Assembly: GCA_038230655.1 (NCBI GenBank)
Contig: JBBRMU010000003.1
Coordinates: 10,288-74,287 of the forward strand
DNA: 64,000 nt
Source of the DNA: Patescibacteria group bacterium
Lineage (GTDB): Bacteria > Patescibacteriota > Microgenomatia > UBA1406 > GWC2-37-13
Direction of reading: 5' to 3'
Shown here piece after piece: positions 59,552-64,000 of this stretch; position 1 is the stretch's first letter, and each line of letters starts with the position of its first letter. The position numbers and the translations under genes are program-made. The notes beneath the pieces were generated by a model that was not told the origin of the DNA, searched no databases, and saw only the letters and a list, made by a program, of their open reading frames with translations.

Positions 59552-61527
59552 AAATCAAAAAACTGTATAAAATTATTGCCAGTTTCATACTGCTCAATAT
59601 TCTTTTATTTCTTCTTTTTTTTTCAACGAGCAATGTAACAGTAGGGAAAGCTATTTTAGGAACAATTGCACCCAAAAAAATTATTTATGAACTGACTTCT
59701 GGAGAATCGATCATCTTAAGTAGCGAAAAAGGGCGTGACTACCCATTTGCTGCAACAGCTCCTGGAAGCTCTAAGTACATTTTTACAGTGCTAAAAGAGG
59801 ACTACGATGTATATAATTTGAAGAACACACCTATATTTTATGCTGGAAAGCGTATTTCTGAGCTACAAAACTGGGGAAGTAGTATGCCTATTCTTCATAG
59901 TTATAGTTCCATTTCTGGTCTGGAGAGTTGGTGGAAAAAAACGCCTCCTTCACCTTGGGAATTGAATAAAAAAAATGTTTACAATTCATGGGAAGCAAGT
60001 TTTGCCAGATACTTTGACTTAGTAAAGTCTGAAATCACTGAGACGAGGAAAAATCATGATTCAAAACCTCAACTTGCACTTATCCGAAAGTGTCTAGAAT
60101 CAGACTTCATCTTTCTGAAAGAAATCATCTCAACATCTAAGAAAAGTGATGCTGAAAAAAGTTATCTTACAAAAATTAGCACGGATATTTTTAACTACTA
60201 TAACAATCAACTATTTCAGCAAAGCTCGCCAATCGATCCTTCTTTACTTCCTTACTCGCTTGATTTAATAAATCAGACAAAAGATTCAGGTATCTTCAAG
60301 GCAAGTATTGATAGATCTTCTTTGCAAGACTTCACCGAAAGTGATCTATCTGCAACAGTTGATCATACTACTTTATCAGCTGTGTTCGATAAAACGAGCA
60401 ATCAGTTTGTATTCAACTCTGTCTCACTCAATGGAAATAAAGTATTTTATCTACACCTTCCTTTCATTAATCTACTCGAAAGTACATCATGGCAAAAACT
60501 TGGCTCAGGCTACCAAACTACACCACTAAAACTCAAAAATGACTATACCTATTTATTTAGTATAAGCGACAGTTTGACACAACCGATACATGTGACTGTC
60601 AAGCAGAATACAAAAACTTTGGTCGATAAAACGTACCTCTCAAATTTGAAGCAACAACTTTTTCAGTCTTTAATCGTCTATGGAAATAGTATGAATGGAC
60701 CGGTAGTTATCTCACTTTTGCCAGTAGAACCAATAAGTGATGTTCAATTTAACTCAATTCAGATGAAGCTACAACCAGTATATCGACCACCAGTAACAAT
60801 AGAAAAAACTGCGCCTCTTCCCAATCATGATCCGAAAGTGACTTATACGCAAAAAGACAAGAATTTATATGAAGTTGATGTTCAAAATACAAACTCTGCT
60901 CAAGATACATTTATTATCAAGTCATTCGGCGCTGGTTGGAAAATGTTGAAAAAGAACACGATTAACTCTAATCATTATCAAATATTCACATACTTCACTT
61001 TTCATACAATTTATCTCTGGCTTTGTTTGATAGACACAGCTATTGTAGCCGTCTTTTTTTTCTACTTATTGCTCAAAAAAATTTCACCTGCTCATGCGAC
61101 TTTAGTCGATAAAGTACTTTCAACTATTTATACCCAACAAAAGAAATCTATACTACTGTCTCTCAAACATATACTGAAGAAACTTCGCACTGCAAATCAA
61201 TTTTTCATTTCACTTTCTACATCATACAGAACCATTTTTATAGTTATCTCCGTACTTTTATTTATCTACTCAATTCTTTTTAATACATTTCAGACAGATA
61301 TAATAACGTTTGGAATTGCAATTTTTTACCTCTTTACAACACTCAGTTGGAAACGTAAGACAAATGTCCATTTTAGTATGGCTTTCATTTTTGTGTTTAT
61401 TGCGTTTATTGCACAGCTCGCTCGTCTCGACACTATATCTGAGAATATTTCGATTTGGGCAGTATTACTCTTATTTATTGGTACAATCAGTCTTATAGCT
61501 ACATATTTTAATGAGTTTAGAGAATAA
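59548..61527 (+). CDS. hypothetical membrane protein (N-terminal anchor, large extracytoplasmic domain, C-terminal TM bundle)
   Basis: ORF and hydropathy only. ATGA-coupled to the upstream gene. Confidence 0.45.
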   Translation: MKIKKLYKIIASFILLNILLFLLFFSTSNVTVGKAILGTIAPKKIIYELTSGESIILSSEKGRDYPFAATAPGSSKYIFTVLKEDYDVYNLKNTPIFYAGKRISELQNWGSSMPILHSYSSISGLESWWKKTPPSPWELNKKNVYNSWEASFARYFDLVKSEITETRKNHDSKPQLALIRKCLESDFIFLKEIISTSKKSDAEKSYLTKISTDIFNYYNNQLFQQSSPIDPSLLPYSLDLINQTKDSGIFKASIDRSSLQDFTESDLSATVDHTTLSAVFDKTSNQFVFNSVSLNGNKVFYLHLPFINLLESTSWQKLGSGYQTTPLKLKNDYTYLFSISDSLTQPIHVTVKQNTKTLVDKTYLSNLKQQLFQSLIVYGNSMNGPVVISLLPVEPISDVQFNSIQMKLQPVYRPPVTIEKTAPLPNHDPKVTYTQKDKNLYEVDVQNTNSAQDTFIIKSFGAGWKMLKKNTINSNHYQIFTYFTFHTIYLWLCLIDTAIVAVFFFYLLLKKISPAHATLVDKVLSTIYTQQKKSILLSLKHILKKLRTANQFFISLSTSYRTIFIVISVLLFIYSILFNTFQTDIITFGIAIFYLFTTLSWKRKTNVHFSMAFIFVFIAFIAQLARLDTISENISIWAVLLLFIGTISLIATYFNEFRE

Positions 61528-61533
61528 AGTATT

Positions 61534-63093
61534 ATGACTGTTCTTAAAACGATTGGATTAAAATTAAAAACCATTCCTTGGTATTTTATTTCACTCATAA
61601 CTCTCGTTCTGCTGGCACTTTATTTCAGAGTACATGGAATTATTGATAACCATTCATTTTGGGCAGATGAGAGCTATGTGGCGAGTTTTGCAAGAGACGT
61701 AATTGAGCATAAAAGATCACTTTTTGAAGTAGTGAAAATTCAAGATTATCAACCTCTTCAAGTTGTGATTGTAACGTTCTTCTTTAAACTTTTTGGTGTC
61801 AGCGAGTTTACTGCGAGACTCCCTTTCATTCTTTTGGGGACGATTGGGGTTGTCGGTGCATTTCTTGTAAGCGCAGAACTCTCTACTGTTCCGGCAGGGC
61901 TTTTGGCAGCATTTCTCTATGGTTTTTCTCAGCTTAATTTATCAAACTCAACACAAGCAAAACCATACTCAGCAATTGAGACAGCATTTTTATTCATACT
62001 TTTCTGCATCAGTAAACTGAGACAAAACCCAAAAAACACTAAACTCTATCATGGCTTCATAATACTGCTCGCCATTCTCTGTTCTTTGATACATTTTATT
62101 GGGTTTCTGGTTTGGTTGCCGTACATTATTTATCTCATTACAACGTACAGAAGGCGTTTGCTTGAACTCCTCAAAAAACCGCTGTATAGTATTACTTTTC
62201 TACTCATAGCAATAGTACTATTCTTTGTTTTCAAAGTTAACCTTATGATTCAGCTACTTCTCAGTACAAAAGATCATAATCTTCTTTTTTCTGGAAATAA
62301 TATAACATATCTCCGTGAGCTTTTTTGGAAAGAATATGGCTTCATAACACTGCCTGCAGTATTCGGGGGAATGGTGCTTTTCAAAAAAAATCGCAACCTT
62401 GGTGTAGGTATTATTATATGGGTACTAGCTATGCTTTATTTGTGGACCTTTAAATCGTTAACCCACAATATAAGATATCTTGTACCTTTGTTTGGTCTTC
62501 TCTTTGTCTGCTTCAGTATTTTTTGGGGAGAAGCGTCAAAAGCTTTCTTTACTAAAAAAGCCTCACTGGTCTGTTTAGTTGTTGCAGTACTTCTTTTTGT
62601 TGGAGGTAATAAAATTTCTCGAAAACCTGCTCTTTACTACTCTCCAAATGAAGATTTTGCAGCAGATATTCAAATTGCAGACTATAAAACGTTTTATTCT
62701 GAACTTCAGACCAGATTTCCAGATCTTACTCATCTAATAATCTATACTGATGTGATTGACGCACAAATTTGGTATTTACCTGGGAGAACTCCTGATGCGA
62801 CTTTTATGAAAGCTTATACAGCAGGAATACATGATGGAGAAGTTTCACAAAGTATTATTACTCACAACCCAGTTTACACAACACTGGACCAATTTAAAGA
62901 ACAGATGAAACTCCATCCAAAAGGTCTACTTATTGTTGAAGACTGGGATAGCATACTGCCTCAAGAGATAAAAGACTATGCAAAGAAGAATCTCCATCTT
63001 GAAATCAAAGTGGACGGCCTACCTAACACAAATGGGGATAACTGGCCACTTGAACTCTATAGCTGGGGAGTCGGAGATCTTCAAAAAAAGTAG
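61534..63093 (+). CDS. GT-C fold glycosyltransferase (ArnT/PMT, GT39/GT83-like)
   Basis: Motif HSFWADESYVASFAR follows TM1. It has about 11 TM segments and a soluble C-terminal domain. Confidence 0.7.
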   Translation: MTVLKTIGLKLKTIPWYFISLITLVLLALYFRVHGIIDNHSFWADESYVASFARDVIEHKRSLFEVVKIQDYQPLQVVIVTFFFKLFGVSEFTARLPFILLGTIGVVGAFLVSAELSTVPAGLLAAFLYGFSQLNLSNSTQAKPYSAIETAFLFILFCISKLRQNPKNTKLYHGFIILLAILCSLIHFIGFLVWLPYIIYLITTYRRRLLELLKKPLYSITFLLIAIVLFFVFKVNLMIQLLLSTKDHNLLFSGNNITYLRELFWKEYGFITLPAVFGGMVLFKKNRNLGVGIIIWVLAMLYLWTFKSLTHNIRYLVPLFGLLFVCFSIFWGEASKAFFTKKASLVCLVVAVLLFVGGNKISRKPALYYSPNEDFAADIQIADYKTFYSELQTRFPDLTHLIIYTDVIDAQIWYLPGRTPDATFMKAYTAGIHDGEVSQSIITHNPVYTTLDQFKEQMKLHPKGLLIVEDWDSILPQEIKDYAKKNLHLEIKVDGLPNTNGDNWPLELYSWGVGDLQKK

Positions 63094-63123
63094 AACCAAC
63101 AACATGATATAATTCTTTACAGA

Positions 63124-64000
63124 ATGATCAAAAAAGGAATCGGAGTAACTTTCATCTTTATTATCTCTACGTGTATCCAGCTTGTTAGCCAGATCGTTGT
63201 CACGCGCTTAATCGGCGCCACGCTCAATCTAGACATTTTCTTGGCTGCAGTCGCACTTCCAACCATTTTAGTTACAGTGATCTATGGAACATTAAATGAT
63301 GCATTTCTTCCTTATTTTGGTGAGAAAAAGAATCATGATCCTGAAACAGCAAATAGCTATTTTTTTTCAACATTGTTAATGTTAACTTTCTTATCATTCA
63401 TTTTAGTACTTATTCTAAGTTTTCTTTCTGAACCCATTAGCGCCTTTCTATATAATAGTAGGGGAGCAATATTTATACACGATGTAAGCATTCAGATGCG
63501 ATTTATGTTTATGAGTATTCCTGTTTCAATTGTAGCCACGCTGTTGGGAAGCTATTTCTATTCAAATAAAAATTTTTTAAGATTTCCTATCGCTCAAGCA
63601 GTAGGTAGTGTAGTAAATATTGGCCTCATTGTTTTCTTGACACCTTTTCTTGGTATATGGGCATTAGTGTGGGCCTTCGTACTTAATATACTCTTTCAAA
63701 TATTTTTAATTGTTCCTAGAAAAATAATTACTTTTAAATTCGTATTGCCAAATGTAATGCCTCTGTTATTCGCTTGGCTCCCATTAATTATCGGCTCGAT
63801 AGCATTACGTTCTGATACGTTACTCATTCGCTCTTTTGCTTCTTCACTTCCTCCAGGGAATTTGGTTTACCTAAATCTTGTAACTAAAATATTTTCTCTT
63901 GCAACCAGCGTGATGACGGTAGGTATTCAAGTTATGCTCCTGCCTCATCTGGTAGAATACCTTGCCAATAAAGAGATAGATAAGGCAATTATAAGCATTA
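63124..64000 (+). CDS. murJ: MurJ/MviN-like lipid-linked oligosaccharide flippase, 3'-partial
   Basis: Not in the track (no stop in the window). I translated the frame by hand and found no stop from ATG 63124 to the window end. Polytopic, with VVTRLIGATLNLDIFLAAVALP and LNDAFLPYF resembling the MurJ N-terminus. Confidence 0.65.
   Translation, partial: MIKKGIGVTFIFIISTCIQLVSQIVVTRLIGATLNLDIFLAAVALPTILVTVIYGTLNDAFLPYFGEKKNHDPETANSYFFSTLLMLTFLSFILVLILSFLSEPISAFLYNSRGAIFIHDVSIQMRFMFMSIPVSIVATLLGSYFYSNKNFLRFPIAQAVGSVVNIGLIVFLTPFLGIWALVWAFVLNILFQIFLIVPRKIITFKFVLPNVMPLLFAWLPLIIGSIALRSDTLLIRSFASSLPPGNLVYLNLVTKIFSLATSVMTVGIQVMLLPHLVEYLANKEIDKAIISI

Overview
AT-rich bacterial chromosomal segment with dense coding: about 60 CDS and one tRNA-Pro(CGG). 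I saw no rRNA, CRISPR array, transposase, integrase or phage genes. The gene content suggests an uncultivated reduced-genome bacterium, possibly CPR/Patescibacteria-like. This is inference only; the supporting genes are short housekeeping operons, a sortase, a pilin-like surface protein, an ADP-forming acetyl-CoA synthetase and several GT-C membrane glycosyltransferases.

The left 38 kb is mostly housekeeping: cysS, rpsF-ssb-rpsR, ctpA, htrA, hisS, prfA, rpmE, rplJ-rplL, gyrB-ppa-gyrA, folD, miaA, lepA and pyk. It also carries a two-subunit ATP-citrate lyase (aclB-aclA). The right 26 kb (38455 to the window end) is one co-directional, translationally coupled glycan biosynthesis and export operon. 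It holds flippases, GT2/GT4 transferases, a WbpA/B/E/D/I-like di-N-acetyl-uronic acid module, an AsnB-type amidotransferase, an ATP-grasp enzyme, an SDR-HAD fusion, a CapE-like dehydratase with a stand-alone cupin, three large polytopic membrane proteins and murJ.

Main observations:
- ATP-citrate lyase sits two genes from an ADP-forming acetyl-CoA synthetase.
- A -10 hexamer lies 5-10 nt upstream of the ATG at 16 operon-leading genes, implying leaderless mRNAs.
- A multi-helix RNA-like structure lies in the 17.95-18.53 kb gap, next to an unlisted 53-aa basic ORF.
- The RF1 gene lacks domain 1.
- Three genes are disrupted at homopolymer runs that are each one nucleotide short. This points first to assembly indels, and only second to genuine pseudogenes.

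No canonical defence or mobile system is visible. The glycan operon and the RNA candidate are the best places to look for novelty. All product calls rest on motif recognition by eye; no searches were run.
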